This document shows, piece after piece, positions 11,553 through 24,649 of a stretch of 64,000 bases of DNA. Below the pieces are notes generated by a model. It was not told where the DNA came from. It saw nothing but the letters and a program-made list of their open reading frames with translations, and did not search any database. The stretch is from the NCBI RefSeq assembly GCF_001194135.2, contig NC_068982.1, positions 147,158,083 through 147,222,082 on the forward strand, in the 5' to 3' direction. Source of the stretch: Octopus bimaculoides (lineage: Eukaryota). How positions within the stretch are numbered: the stretch's first letter is position 1; each line of letters opens with the position of its first letter. Both the position numbers and the translations under genes were made by a program.

Positions 11553-12170
11553 TTTCAAATTTTTGCCACAAGGGCAGCTAGGGGTATGTGGGGATGAGTC
11601 GATTACATCGTTCCCAGGATTCAACGGGTACTTATTTTATCGAACCCGAAAGGATGAAAGGCAAAGTCGACCTCGGCGGAATTTAAACGTTGTGACAGGC
11701 TAAATACCGCTAAGCATTTCGTCCAGCATGCTGACGATTTTGCCAGCTTACCGCCTTGAATCTATGCTAAATGATGTTTTAAATGTGTTCTTAGGGAAAA
11801 TGGCAAAAATTAATAAGGCAAAATAATAATAGGTTCAAATTTTGGTGTAAGGCCAGTAACTTTAGCAGGAGAGGGAGAGTCGATTACAATGATACCAGTA
11901 CTTACTGCTATCAATGTTACCTTAGTTTATCGATCCCTAAAAAGATAATAATAATGGTTTCAAATATTAGCAAAAGCCCAGCAATTTTGAGGGAATGAGC
12001 AAGTCGTTTACATCGACTCCAGTACACAACTGGTATTATTTTATCGACTCCCCAAAAGAATGAAAACGAAAGCTAACCTCGGCGGGATTTGAACTCAGAA
12101 TGTAAAGAGATACAAAAAATGAGGCTAAGCATTTTGTCCGACGCGCTAATGAGTCTATCTGTTCAGCACT
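11553..12170 (-). mobile_element. Cluster of three same-orientation SINE family B copies (about 11553-11757, 11832-11945, 11958-12170)
   Basis: Each shows the reverse complement of the family B body (GTCGATTACATCGAC..CCAG..GGTACTTATTTTATCGA.CCCGAAAGGATGAAAGGCAAAGTCGACCTCGGCGGAATTTGAACTCAGAAC), separated by AAT-rich spacers. Confidence 0.85.
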
Positions 12171-12269
12171 TTAGTAATTATGATGATGATAATAATAATC
12201 GGTGATGTGTCAGAATCGTTATGAATCGTCAAGAAATGAAGCAAACGTTCACGCAGGACAAACAGACGA

Positions 12270-12830
12270 TTGAGAAACCAATGGTTACGTTACACTAGAT
12301 CACTTCATCTCTATTCATCGAACATCGTTTGTACTGCAGTCTAAAATACACGGTAATCTTTTCTGAGTAGGTTGGAGATTGAATCAATCTACCTATTCAG
12401 ATACACCTATTTCTAGTCATTGTAATGTTTTATGATTAGTGTTATCCACATCGTCTTTTGGGTGAGTTTCGTGTTTCAACACTGATTGTGTTTCGTTAAC
12501 CAACACAAAGTTACAAACCTTGTAACACTATAAATTATAATTCTGGCAATCAGATCCTTGTTTGAACTTCGAACCACAATGACGGAACATAGCTCCGGAA
12601 TGAGTCTGTGATATTCTATGGTTATTAGCGCTTGTATGTCAACTTTTAGATCTCTTTTAGATACGTGACCTCATATGATTTCTGATTTCTCAACATCTGC
12701 CCATACTGTGCTTCAAAGTTAACACAGAGACAAGAGCCTCACTGTCATTTCAAGCGTCCTTGGTCATACCTTATCTAATGTCTCGACCTACCGATCTTTT
12801 GCTGTTCTAACAAATGGGCACTTCAAAACG
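12270..12830 (-). mobile_element. Possible heavily decayed L1/Tx1-type LINE 3' remnant
   Basis: Only weak, manually judged resemblance to the ET..HAL..C....W..VE zinc-knuckle region; no intact frame. Confidence 0.25.
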
Positions 12831-13004
12831 CACATTCAGTTACATTTTATACTTGGTATACGATCTTGTAAACATTTCTGCGTCAGATGAGGTCTCTTTC
12901 TACACATTTAGTGCTACCACTAATTGTTCTCTTGAGGGCATGTATATGTAAGTGTGTGTGTGCACGCACGTGTATGTGTGCGCGTCTGTGTTGTGTGTTT
13001 GTGC

Positions 13005-13043
<39 letters not shown>

Positions 13044-13145
13044 CGAGAGAAAGAGAGAGAGCTTGTATTTCAAGACAAATCGATAGATCCACTAATCTGT
13101 TGCCTCTCGGCTTGCTGTACGTTGGCTTGTAACACTGAAGAAGAG

Positions 13146-13373
13146 GCGGCGAGTTGGCAGAAACGTTAGCACGCCGGGCGAAATGCTTAGCGGTATTTCG
13201 TCTGCCGCTACGTTCTGAGTTCGAATTCCGCCGAGGTCGACTTTGCCTTTCATCCTTTCGGGGTCGATTAAATAAGTACCAGTTACGCACTGTGGTCGGT
13301 ATAATCGACTTAATCCGTTTGTCTGTCCTTTTTTGTCCCCTCTGTGTGTAGCCCCTTGTGGGTAGTAAAGAAA
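13146..13373 (+). mobile_element. Full-length SINE family B (tail type 1) with 16-bp TSD
   Basis: A-box-like GGCGAGTTGGCAGAA and B-box-like GAGTTCGAATTCC. TSD TAACACTGA(A/G)GAAGAG at 13130-13145 and 13374-13389. 3' tail CCCCTTGTGGGTAGTAAAGAAA. Confidence 0.92.
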
Positions 13374-13464
13374 TAACACTGAGGAAGAGATTGTTTTGGC
13401 GGAGTTTACTCGGAGCTACGAATGTTGGTGTACTGGAAATGGCAATATGTAATGTCTCTGCTAC

Positions 13465-13518
13465 TCTTCTCTCCCTGATTAAATGATAATTATTAACCTT
13501 TTAATCAGGGAGAGAAGA
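13465..13518. repeat. Perfect 19-bp inverted repeat with 16-nt loop
   Basis: TCTTCTCTCCCTGATTAAA (13465-13483) / TTTAATCAGGGAGAGAAGA (13500-13518). Confidence 0.95.
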
Positions 13519-14076
13519 ATAACAGTTATGACTATTTTTTCATGGTAACTGAGACCAGTAGCAGGGTGGGACGACGTTATCACTATCAAGTCAGAAACGA
13601 ATTCTTGTAGAGCATGAATTCCATAAAATCTATCAATCAAACAAATGGTGCTGTTAAAACTTTATGACGCAATAAGCCTTTTAAGCAAGAAATTACAAAC
13701 AGAGCCAAAATGAATAACACAAGATATCTACATCCTGGAGTGATACGCTGAGTTATAAGTTTTGAGATTTTCACTCAGTTAAAATCCAACAAGATGTACC
13801 ACGTAGCAAAATTGAGCTTTCTTTTTTGGTATTGACATATAGTGCGGCCGCATTAGGGTGTATAGACCTCTAATCCCATTGATGGTATTTAGACAGAAGG
13901 TAGCCAACATTGATCAATAGTCTTTCCAAGTCGCAAAGATGATGATGAGCTGAGGATCGACTTATATCAAATATTCATGCCCCAGGCTGTATAATACGCT
14001 GCTTCATATACTGAGAACATATTTCATTACTTATCAACTCATGAGTAGATGCTTTAATCAGATAGACGTCCTCGAA

Positions 14077-14275
14077 AGGCGGCAAGCTAGCAGAAACGTT
14101 AGCACGCTGGGCAAAATGCTTAGTGGTATGTCGTCTGTCTTTACGTTCTGAGTTCAAATTCCGCCGAGGTCGACTTTGCCTTTCATCGATAAACTAAGTA
14201 CCAGTTGCGTACCGGCGCCGATATAATCGACTGGCCCTTCCCCCAAATTTTCGGGCAATGTGCCTAGAGTGGAAA
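14077..14275 (+). mobile_element. Full-length SINE family B (tail type 2) with 17-bp TSD
   Basis: Same head as 13146. TSD AGATAGACG(T/C)CCTCGAA at 14060-14076 and 14276-14292. Different 3' tail (CCCTTCCCCCAAATTTTCGGGC..GTGCCTAGAGTGGAAA). Confidence 0.92.
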
Positions 14276-14325
14276 AGATAGACGCCCTCGAATTTAAACA
14301 CACATGTTTGTGTATGTTTATAAAT

Positions 14326-14364
<39 letters not shown>

Positions 14365-14401
14365 AACGTACGCACACCTATACGCACAAACACATATGGG
14401 C

Positions 14402-14469
<68 letters not shown>

Positions 14470-14785
14470 ACACATATTTATGGATATATGTGTATATATG
14501 TGTATAGCTGTATTTAAATTTATTTCTACACCACAAACACACACACACACACACACATAAATATACGCCTATATGTGATATATTCATAAGTAAATATATA
14601 CTCATACATGCGCATACGCACACACAGACAGTTACACGCAAACACACACATCGACGAACTTCAGTGAGCATTTATAATTAGCATATTAATGCATGTATTA
14701 CACTAGATACTAGCATGTAGAACACGCGTGATGCGTTGTTAAGAAGATTATTTTTGACTATATATTTAAATATACACACCTTCAC

Positions 14786-14824
<39 letters not shown>

Positions 14825-14869
14825 AATTAGTACAAAGAGGGACACATTCATATACGTGTATGTGAGTGC

Positions 14870-14946
14870 TGCATATCTATCTATCTGTCTGTCTGTCTGT
14901 CTTTCTGTCTGTCCGTCCGTCCGTCCGTCAGTCTGTCCGTCCATCC

Positions 14947-14984
<38 letters not shown>

Positions 14985-15052
14985 TTATTTATCTAGCCAT
15001 CTATCTTTCTATGCTTGCATATCTGTTATGGATATTATGCATATGCCTTTAA

Positions 15053-15119
<67 letters not shown>

Positions 15120-15275
15120 GACACATATAAATGAGTATGTGTGTATGTATATATGTCTGTGTGTGTACATACACACACAGACATACGCACATACATACAA
15201 ACATCCATCCATCCATCCATCCATCCATACACACACATACATACATACATACATACATACATACATACATACATA
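14870..15275. repeat. Compound microsatellite block (TCTG/TCCG/TCCA/TCTA, CA, TA, TACA)
   Basis: Direct inspection. Confidence 0.95.
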
Positions 15276-16027
15276 GGCACACTCATGCATAAGCACACGC
15301 ATTAACACGATACGAACATATGACATATAGACAAACCTGCGCAGTNNNNNNNNNNNNNNNNNNNNNNNNNNNNNNNNNNNNNNNNNNNNNNNNNNNNNNN
15401 NNNNNNNNNNNNNNNNNNNNNNNNNNNNNNNNNNNNNNNNNNNNNNNNNNNNNNNNNNNNNNNNNNNNNNNNNNNNNNNNNNNNNNNNNNNNNNNNNNNN
15501 NNNNNNNNNNNNNNNNNNNNNNNNNNNNNNNNNNNNNNNNNNNNNNNNNNNNNNNNNNNNNNNNNNNNNNNNNNNNNNNNNNNNNNNNNNNNNNNNNNNN
15601 NNNNNNNNNNNNNNNNNNNNNNNNNNNNNNNNNNNNNNNNNNNNNNNNNNNNNNNNNNNNNNNNNNNNNNNNNNNNNNNNNNNNNNNNNNNNNNNNNNNN
15701 NNNNNNNNNNNNNNNNNNNNNNNNNNNNNNNNNNNNNNNNNNNNNNNNNNNNNNNNNNNNNNNNNNNNNNNNNNNNNNNNNNNNNNNNNNNNNNNNNNNN
15801 NNNNNNNNNNNNNNNNNNNNNNNNNNNNNNNNNNNNNNNNNNNNNNNNNNNNNNNNNNNNNNNNNNNNNNNNNNNNNNNNNNNNNNNNNNNNNNNNNNNN
15901 NNNNNNNNNNNNNNNNNNNNNNNNNNNNNNNNNNNNNNNNNNNNNNNNNNNNNNNNNNNNNNNNNNNNNNNNNNNNNNNNNNNNNNNNNNNNNNNNNNNN
16001 NNNNNNNNNNNNNNNNNNNNNNNNNNN

Positions 16028-16086
<59 letters not shown>

Positions 16087-16184
16087 CATACATATATTAT
16101 ATATATGCATATATAAATACACACATACACACATACATACACGCACGTCCGACGCACGCACATACATACGCACGCGTACACACG

Positions 16185-16222
<38 letters not shown>

Positions 16223-16695
16223 CACACACACCCAAATATATTCTGATAAAGATATATGTAGATGTGCTTTCAAAAGAAATGTATCTCAATGATGTATAAT
16301 GGTATAATTCAGGTGTAGCACTTTTTATTTTACCTTTTCCGATTCATAGCATACCGATAATGGCAATAAACATAAATCTTTTGGTGTTGAATACGTTACT
16401 CGAAAGCTTTGTGGCGAATTTCTATTATGTGTATATGTGGAAGTTTTCTATTGTATAGCGTTCTGTTCTACCTATCTTTATGTTTTACAAGTACTGCTTT
16501 TTCATTTTTTCTCTTTTTTTTTCTCTTTTTTCTTTGCTTTCGTTGTTTTACACTTTCAACTAATTTATTCCTTTTCTGTATTCATTCTACCTTTCTCTCC
16601 TTTCTGTTCCTCCTGTGTCTCAACTTTTCTCTGTAATATATTTATCAGTATCAGATTGTTTCTCTCCCTCTTTCTCTTTCATACAGTTATATATA

Positions 16696-16762
<67 letters not shown>

Positions 16763-17396
16763 NNNNNNNNNNNNNNNNNNNNNNNNNNNNNNNNNNNNNN
16801 NNNNNNNNNNNNNNNNNNNNNNNNNNNNNNNNNNNNNNNNNNNNNNNNNNNNNNNNNNNNNNNNNNNNNNNNNNNNNNNNNNNNNNNNNNNNNNNNNNNN
16901 NNNNNNNNNNNNNNNNNNNNNNNNNNNNNNNNNNNNNNNNNNNNNNNNNNNNNNNNNNNNNNNNNNNNNNNNNNNNNNNNNNNNNNNNNNNNNNNNNNNN
17001 NNNNNNNNNNNNNNNNNNNNNNNNNNNNNNNNNNNNNNNNNNNNNNNNNNNNNNNNNNNNNNNNNNNNNNNNNNNNNNNNNNNNNNNNNNNNNNNNNNNN
17101 NNNNNNNNNNNNNNNNNNNNNNNNNNNNNNNNNNNNNNNNNNNNNNNNNNNNNNNNNNNNNNNNNNNNNNNNNNNNNNNNNNNNNNNNNNNNNNNNNNNN
17201 NNNNNNNNNNNNNNNNNNNNNNNNNNNNNNNNNNNNNNNNNNNNNNNNNNNNNNNNNNNNNNNNNNNNNNNNNNNNNNNTGCTAAAATGATTTTATCATG
17301 AAGAACATTATATATACCTCTTTATATGTATAGAAATATAAGCATATTTAGGGATATAATCATGTGTGTGTAAGTATACGTATTCCCTTTGTATGA

Positions 17397-17437
<41 letters not shown>

Positions 17438-17689
17438 CACATATATATGTATATATATATATATATATATATACAGACATATATATATGTATATATAAAT
17501 ATATAAATGTATGAATATATGTGTATCTATATGCATACGTGCATATTATTAACAGTTTTGTTTTGAAAGTACAGCAGCAATTTTCTCATAACATCACAAT
17601 ATCATTTATCTATGTTTCAAATTATTTAGAGAATACTTTCTTGGGAGAAATACATGACTTGTAAATGAAAACTGGTTATAATACCCTTG

Positions 17690-18400
17690 AATTTATTTAC
17701 ATATCCAACTTATTCTACTGGGGAATATTGAAGACATCAGTTTGTCCCTTGTGTCTGAGGGGAGTACGCCAAGAGGACATCGACAATAGATGCTCAAAAG
17801 CCCCCAAGGAGGGCAAGCTACCACTGCAAGTGTAATAGCTTTACATTGTTATAGACCAGTCGAAGTGGAATTAGCCATTGCAAGCACCTCCGCACAACTA
17901 AAATATTTATCGCTAGATATTTATCGCTAGATATTTATCAGCAAGAAGGCGTAAGCTGCGAAGTTCACCTTTTCAGTCCAAATTGAAACAATAAACGACT
18001 GAAAGATGTAAGTCCGCTTAGGGAAGTGGGAGAAGTTCACAGAAACTTTTTTTTCGACATTATTAAGGCCTAATTTTGTGCTGATCTCAAAAGTATCCAA
18101 ATAGGTGGTTTTGTTAGATCTCTTCGTTCCTGAGAGAACCGCATCGAGGAGTTAAACGAGAGTAAGATGGGAAATATGCTGAGCTTGTGGGTTTCTGATA
18201 AAGCAATGGGTTGCATGCAAGTTGTGATCTCATCCCTGTGGGTTGCAGATCGTTTGCAAGCCAGTCCCTACACAAAGCATACAGAATGCTTGGCATCACA
18301 GGGGCCAGTAGGCAGAAGGCCGTGAGTTTGGTTTTGTGGGTGGCAAAGGTTGCTTCATAATGACTGAGGATAAGGTTGTGCGTGACCTGGAATAAGTAGA
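17690..18400 (+). mobile_element. Decayed 3' end of a HERO/R2-group non-LTR retrotransposon (CCHC knuckle + restriction-like endonuclease)
   Basis: Plus-strand pieces: SNLFYWGILKTSVCPLC (CPLC at 17743), EDIDNRCSKAPKEG, SGISHCKHLR, TLLRPNFVLIS (18066-18089; the PD..D motif position, here PN), ENRIEELNESKM-KYAELV, IPVGCRSFASQSLHKAYRMLGITGASRQKAV. Multiple stops and frameshifts. Confidence 0.75.
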
Positions 18401-19291
18401 GGCTAATGCGTGTCAATTTGTGTGCGTGACCGTGCATGTGTGCATGTGTGCATGTGCGCCCGTGCGTGCGTGTGTGTTTGTGTGCGCGCGTGGGTGCAAG
18501 AGAGAGTTCTTGTGCGTGTGTGTTCGGTGCGTTTTAAAAGTAAACGAATTCAAAAATTTCGTCAGAAATGTGGCAATGTATTTTCGGTTTTCTCTGTTTG
18601 TCACGTAATTTTCTACGCATTGATTTTCTTGGACTCCATATTACAGATATTATCTAGAAAGTAGTTTTCTTTTCAGAGCCACAGTTACATGCGAAACATA
18701 AAATTCACTCTTCGACTCTCTTCTGACTTCGTGTTGCCTTTCTTAAAACTATATTTATTACCATTTATCAAAAGAGTGTTGATGACTGAACTTAAAAGTT
18801 CTCTGGATGAAATGCCATATGGCATTTTATCATTTGCATTATTTATGTTTTTGAGTTGTTAATGCGCTGATATTGTTTCATTGTTGAATTGCTGATTAAA
18901 TAGGCATCCAGCTGTAATACCTTGTGTCGTTATATTCACTGTTGCGGTTTGGTGTGAATAATAGATATTTGAGACAAAAGTTTAGCATTCTCTACATTGC
19001 TTCCTGAAGGATATTTTTAATGCATAATTCACGAGTAAAGTCGATATCTATAAAATTATATTACGAATTAAAAGCAGCTGAAATAATGTAAATATTATCG
19101 GTCGCATATGATGTGTTTTGCTTATACGCCAAATTTACTATGGTATAGGGTCCGGAGATAGCTTCCCAAACGAGTTCGGGAGTGAAAGAATATCTGAATG
19201 TCACAGACCAGGCGTGACAGTGTTCATGTAAGTATGCATGTACGAATGTATGAATGTATGTGCGCATTTATGAATATATGTACGCACACGT

Positions 19292-19337
<46 letters not shown>

Positions 19338-19380
19338 ACACACACACACACACACATACATACACACACATATATATATA

Positions 19381-20344
19381 TGAACTACAAAAGAAACGTC
19401 GCACTGTAAAAGATCATTTGTTTCACACACAATATTAAGTTTATATGGATCTTATCACAGTTCTAGTTAACTTGACGTAAGGAAGATGTCACTGCCCTAC
19501 AACACCACTCTCTTTTGGAAACCTAAGGATTGCCTGTAGGGTTGGAACTCGTTCACTTTTCGTGGACATGCGAACGCATCTTTATGAAAAGCATGATGCA
19601 CGTAATGAACTGGCGATATCAGCAGTGGAGGACTGTAGTCTTCTCTGACGAAAGTTGATATTGCATTTCTGTGGCAGATGGCAGAGCTAGGGTTTGGAGA
19701 AGAGGTGAACGTCATGCAGATGGCTGTGTGGTGGAGGGAGACTTATGAGGAGGACAGAACTTCATCGTTTAGAGCAGGATTGCACTCAACCAGAAACTTG
19801 GACCGGTGGTCTTCTAAAACATCAACCAAGGCCGGGGCGGTAGAGTAACCGCTGCTCGCTACAACGACCAAGTGTTGACAACAGGCTTCCTCGAAGAGCA
19901 CAGCAGCTAGACACTGCCATGACCTGTCCTAAGGCCGGACTTGAACCTCATAAAGTACATGTGGGACGAAATCCAAAGAAAACTAAATGACATCCGTCCA
20001 AGGTCAACAACTGCGGCACAACTCAATGCAAGTTTTAACAGAGTGTGGGCTGCTATCCCCATAGCCTTCATCAATTGTTTGGTGCCTTCAGTGTACAGAA
20101 GATGCCTGGTGGTATGCAACGCCAACGGTGGTCACACGAGATATTGTGTTCATCTCTTTGGATCCAGGGCACTCCGTCATCACGTGACACCATGCGACGT
20201 CAAACATGTTTCAGGAAATGACGTTTTATCATTAGGAAAGAACTGTTTCTTAATTAGCACTCGTCAATCAATGCTATAGTAGTCTGTTAATAAACTGGTT
20301 TGTATTCAGTATCTGTGCGACGTTTCTTTTTTGCTCTTGTTTAT
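19381..20344 (+). mobile_element. Internally deleted Tc1-type transposon with TIRs
   Basis: 16-bp perfect inverted match AAAAGAAACGTCGCAC (19389-19404) / GTGCGACGTTTCTTTT (20315-20330). Transposase pieces QWRTVVFSDES, RVWRRGERHADGCV and RPDLNLIKYMWDEIQRKL..RRCLVVCNANGGHTRY (ORF 19941-20279). Confidence 0.9.
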
Positions 20345-20622
20345 ATGGATAAATAGACAGATATAGATAAATGTGTATATGCATACGTACATACATACAT
20401 ACATACATGTATATATATCCAAAGTTTTAAATTTAAATTTAAGAAAGAGATTTGACGCTAATATCCATTATTATTGTAATTTATTCCTATGTCAACATTT
20501 CTGTATAAGGCTATATTTGACTGTCAAATTTAAGTCAAACTCCCTAAGGAGTCTAATTTAGACTTTTTGCGGTGAAATCTCTTGCTATATTGGTAACGAT
20601 TACATGGTTTTCTATGAACAAT

Positions 20623-20670
<48 letters not shown>

Positions 20671-22846
20671 NNNNNNNNNNNNNNNNNNNNNNNNNNNNNN
20701 NNNNNNNNNNNNNNNNNNNNNNNNNNNNNNNNNNNNNNNNNNNNNNNNNNNNNNNNNNNNNNNNNNNNNNNNNNNNNNNNNNNNNNNNNNNNNNNNNNNN
20801 NNNNNNNNNNNNNNNNNNNNNNNNNNNNNNNNNNNNNNNNNNNNNNNNNNNNNNNNNNNGGGGGGGGGGGTAAAAGTACGCAGATACATCTGAAGAAAAT
20901 ATACTTCAGATGAAGAAACATTAAAATATAGACATAACTTCAGAAGGATCTTAATATCAGTGAGTCTTTATATTAGTAAAACATTAACATGTTTCAAATA
21001 AGGAATGTCTGATACATACCAATTTTTCGAGAATGGTAAACGGTGAAGACTATTTTGGCAACAAATAACAAAATCAAGTGATTTAGCCTGATATTTTGTT
21101 GTCCGCTTGGCTTCTAATATAATTTTGATGAGAAAGTATGTATGATATTTATTCACACGTTATCGATATACAGCGAGTGTTCGTTAATTGTTTGCCCCAT
21201 TGCAAATTTCCAACCATTTTCGGGTCTTTTTCTAATTATAAACTGACATGTGGTTTCATATTTTTGTGGTTTCAAAAGTGCATTGTAGTCTATCTTTTTT
21301 TAAAATTTTTTTGTATGTGTGTCAGTATTATGAATGATCAACAAAAATTCTTAAAATAATTAAGTTATGATAATTCTCATCTTGATAACCATTAATGTGA
21401 TTCACTTGTGAAATACGACAAACCAGTCGATGGTCGATACAGCTGTTGAATTATGTTATCTTTTATTATTGTAATATATTCCTTCAAAAATAAATTACCA
21501 AAAAAAAAATGCTCCCTAGGTGTATAGCATTTTGAGAAATTTGGAATTTAGTCGATATTTTCTTTCACGCTATCTGTATAATTAGCGGTTATAAAATCAA
21601 GTGGAGTATAAAATTTTAGAAAAATAAAACGAAAAATACTACACTGCAGCATGTCTAAAGATTATAATTTTTATCTTTAATCTACTTAACAACATTGCAG
21701 AATGATGTAATTTGCATTTCTAAGTATTATGTTCACAGTAACATTTACATATTTCTTACTACAGTATTAAATCATCACTAAGTGTATTCAAGGAACTAAT
21801 TTGTCTAGACATAATCTCGCAGGATTTAGAACAGAGCCACGTATCTAATTGTAAGTATACTTAATGATCACTCTTTAGTTTATTATCTAAACAAAATAGT
21901 TAACATGTTTCAATATGCAAAATACATGAGCGTATTTATTATTGCATGCGCAAGCGCGTCTACAACAAGGATTTAAAACAAAAACAATTTCCTTCCATTG
22001 TCATGTCCGACGGTCAGATTCTATGTAATTGCAAAGATATATTCAGATTTATGTTGATGTTTATCATTAGCCGCAGATGGAGGAAACCTGTTATCGAAAT
22101 TCCTCTATTTCTTATCATCCAGTCATTTTTTTTTCAGACATAGTATAGGTAAGATAAATATTATCCAACGTTTCTACTTTTGACTTTTTTTTTTTAGATG
22201 ATTTAGTGTAATTTGAGGAAGAGTTGGATACTGTTTTAACTCGATTTCTACTAGTAAACGACTTCATAATGACTCATTGATGATCTCGTTTCAGTCATAT
22301 AAATAACGGAGTCAGCAGCCGATAAGCACGGATGAAATTCTATTCAATACAAAACTGGTTTCTTTTGCAGTGCCCTTATCTCTTTAAATATGAATTGCAC
22401 ATACCAAGCTGTTAAGTGTATTATCAATTAGCACAATATTTCCTTTTAAAAATATAAAGAAAATGTTTGATTCCAAACATGCTTTTTTAATGAAAAGACA
22501 GAACAGATACAATATAATTTCATTTTCCTTCTCCATTGTGTTGAACAAGTTTTAAAATTTCAATAACTTTTTTAAATTATGACAATTTGTTCATCCACCT
22601 TTCAATCTTCATATCTCCTCCCTACAATATGAGAAACACAAAATTAGATAATTTTAATTACTGTGCATTTAGTTTTGCTTTTAGTTATTCTGTAGGCAAT
22701 AATAAATCATAAGTATGAAACATTAGTACAAATATGTATTATGAAATATCCAAATACATAAGCATATGTAAATAATGAAAGTAATTCAGTTTCATAAATG
22801 CCGGTATCGATAAAAATTCCGGATAAAATTTCTTCAAGGCGATGAA

Positions 22847-23010
22847 TTGGGTGGTTCAAAACAGCATCGGGCAGAATAACTTGTAGTTTACGTGGTGCAT
22901 TCCTGCGTTCAAATTTCGGAAACAATATTTTTGTCTTTCATCCTTTCAGGTTCGATCAGTAAATTCCCAGTTCAGTATTGGAGCCTATTACATCTCTCTC
23001 TGGAAGAAAT
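22847..23010 (+). mobile_element. SINE family B, strongly decayed
   Basis: AAGGCGATGAATTGG..GCGTTCAAATTTC..TTTGTCTTTCATCCTTTCAGGTTCGATCAG. Confidence 0.5.
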
Positions 23011-23258
23011 CGACTCTAATCAAACTTGGAAGTAAATGACCGTGACACGTATGTTATGACGAAAACCCGATAACTCCGTCAGCAGTTAAGGGCTCAAAGA
23101 GGGAAGGAGAATTCCCTTGCAGAATTTAGGCCTTTCATTTAATATTCCCGTTTCAATTCTGCTGGTATCGATAAAATAACGCACTAATCAATCTTTGGTT
23201 CGATATTAACTGCCATAGATTCCCCAAAACTTGTGCCTCTATGTAAGATATCGTTTTA

Positions 23259-23302
<44 letters not shown>

Positions 23303-23703
23303 CATGTGTGGAGTCTTTAATCTATATGTGAACTTTATTCTGATGCTGCTGAGTTACTCCTTTGAGTGCAGATTTTAACTGTACGTATATTGATGTGGAG
23401 AAGATACTAGGGTTGCTTCTGGTACTAGAGTTTCTTCATTGTTGAGAAGCACTCAAAGGTTCCATTTTGCGGCGGATGAAAGTCGGTCGAATTTGATAAG
23501 GGTGAGATTTGGATAAGAGGTGCAGAAAGCCGGAAAAAATACCAGAAAGGAGTCTATCGAATTTTGCAATGATTGCCAATTCATCCCATTAGTTCCAATA
23601 AAATGAGTTTAAAGAAAATAAACTCCCCCATCAGTACCGGGGTCGACCGACACTATCGGGCTAACAAATTTATGCCCTTGTGACAAAATGAGAAATACAT
23701 ACG

Positions 23704-23744
<41 letters not shown>

Positions 23745-23754
23745 NNNNNNNNNN

Positions 23755-23793
<39 letters not shown>

Positions 23794-24043
23794 TCACGTT
23801 TGCGTATGTGTGTGTTCGTATGTATGTATGCATGTATGTATGTATGTATGTATGTATGTATGAATGTATGTATTTGTATATTTACATGTAAGCCATAATT
23901 CAGAGCCATCACTGTAAGTTTATTTTATGCACATGTCCGGATGGTTGTATATTTACAGATTTTTATTCATATGGATAAAAATCTGCAAATATACAACCAT
24001 AGAGACATCTGAGTACCTGATTATCTGATTATTATATTTTCTA

Positions 24044-24078
<35 letters not shown>

Positions 24079-24404
24079 CGATCCCGGGATCGGGGTGTAG
24101 GAAAAAAATTAGCTTCAAGCAATCCGTAGTAAATATAAAAACATCTTTCATGGACAATAATGGTTTAACCAGACGGGAGGTTTTGATGTTTTTCGTATCG
24201 AAATACGATAAACTGAAAAATGTTCTCTTTATATTTCACGGTATAAGACCAGAAATGCCAGGTGTGGGAATAACAATACAAGACTTACTTGGTCTACAGA
24301 GTAGGCTGCAGTATACAGCTCCCTTGGATATTTACCATTTCTGAGGTTCCGCTTGCTATAAAACATATCTACCCTGGATCTTATCTACTCCATTCCTGAA
24401 CCGT

Positions 24405-24454
<50 letters not shown>

Positions 24455-24585
24455 NNNNNNNNNNNNNNNNNNNNNNNNNNNNNNNNNNNNNNNNNNNNNN
24501 NNNNNNNNNNNNNNNNNNNNNNNNNNNNNNNNNNNNNNNNNNNNNNNNNNNNNNNNNNNNNNNNNNNNNNNNNNNNNNNNNNNNN

Positions 24586-24649
<64 letters not shown>

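Noticed and set aside
22270-22325. Minus-strand CTGCTGA...GAAA string
   Set aside because: No coherent stem I or II.
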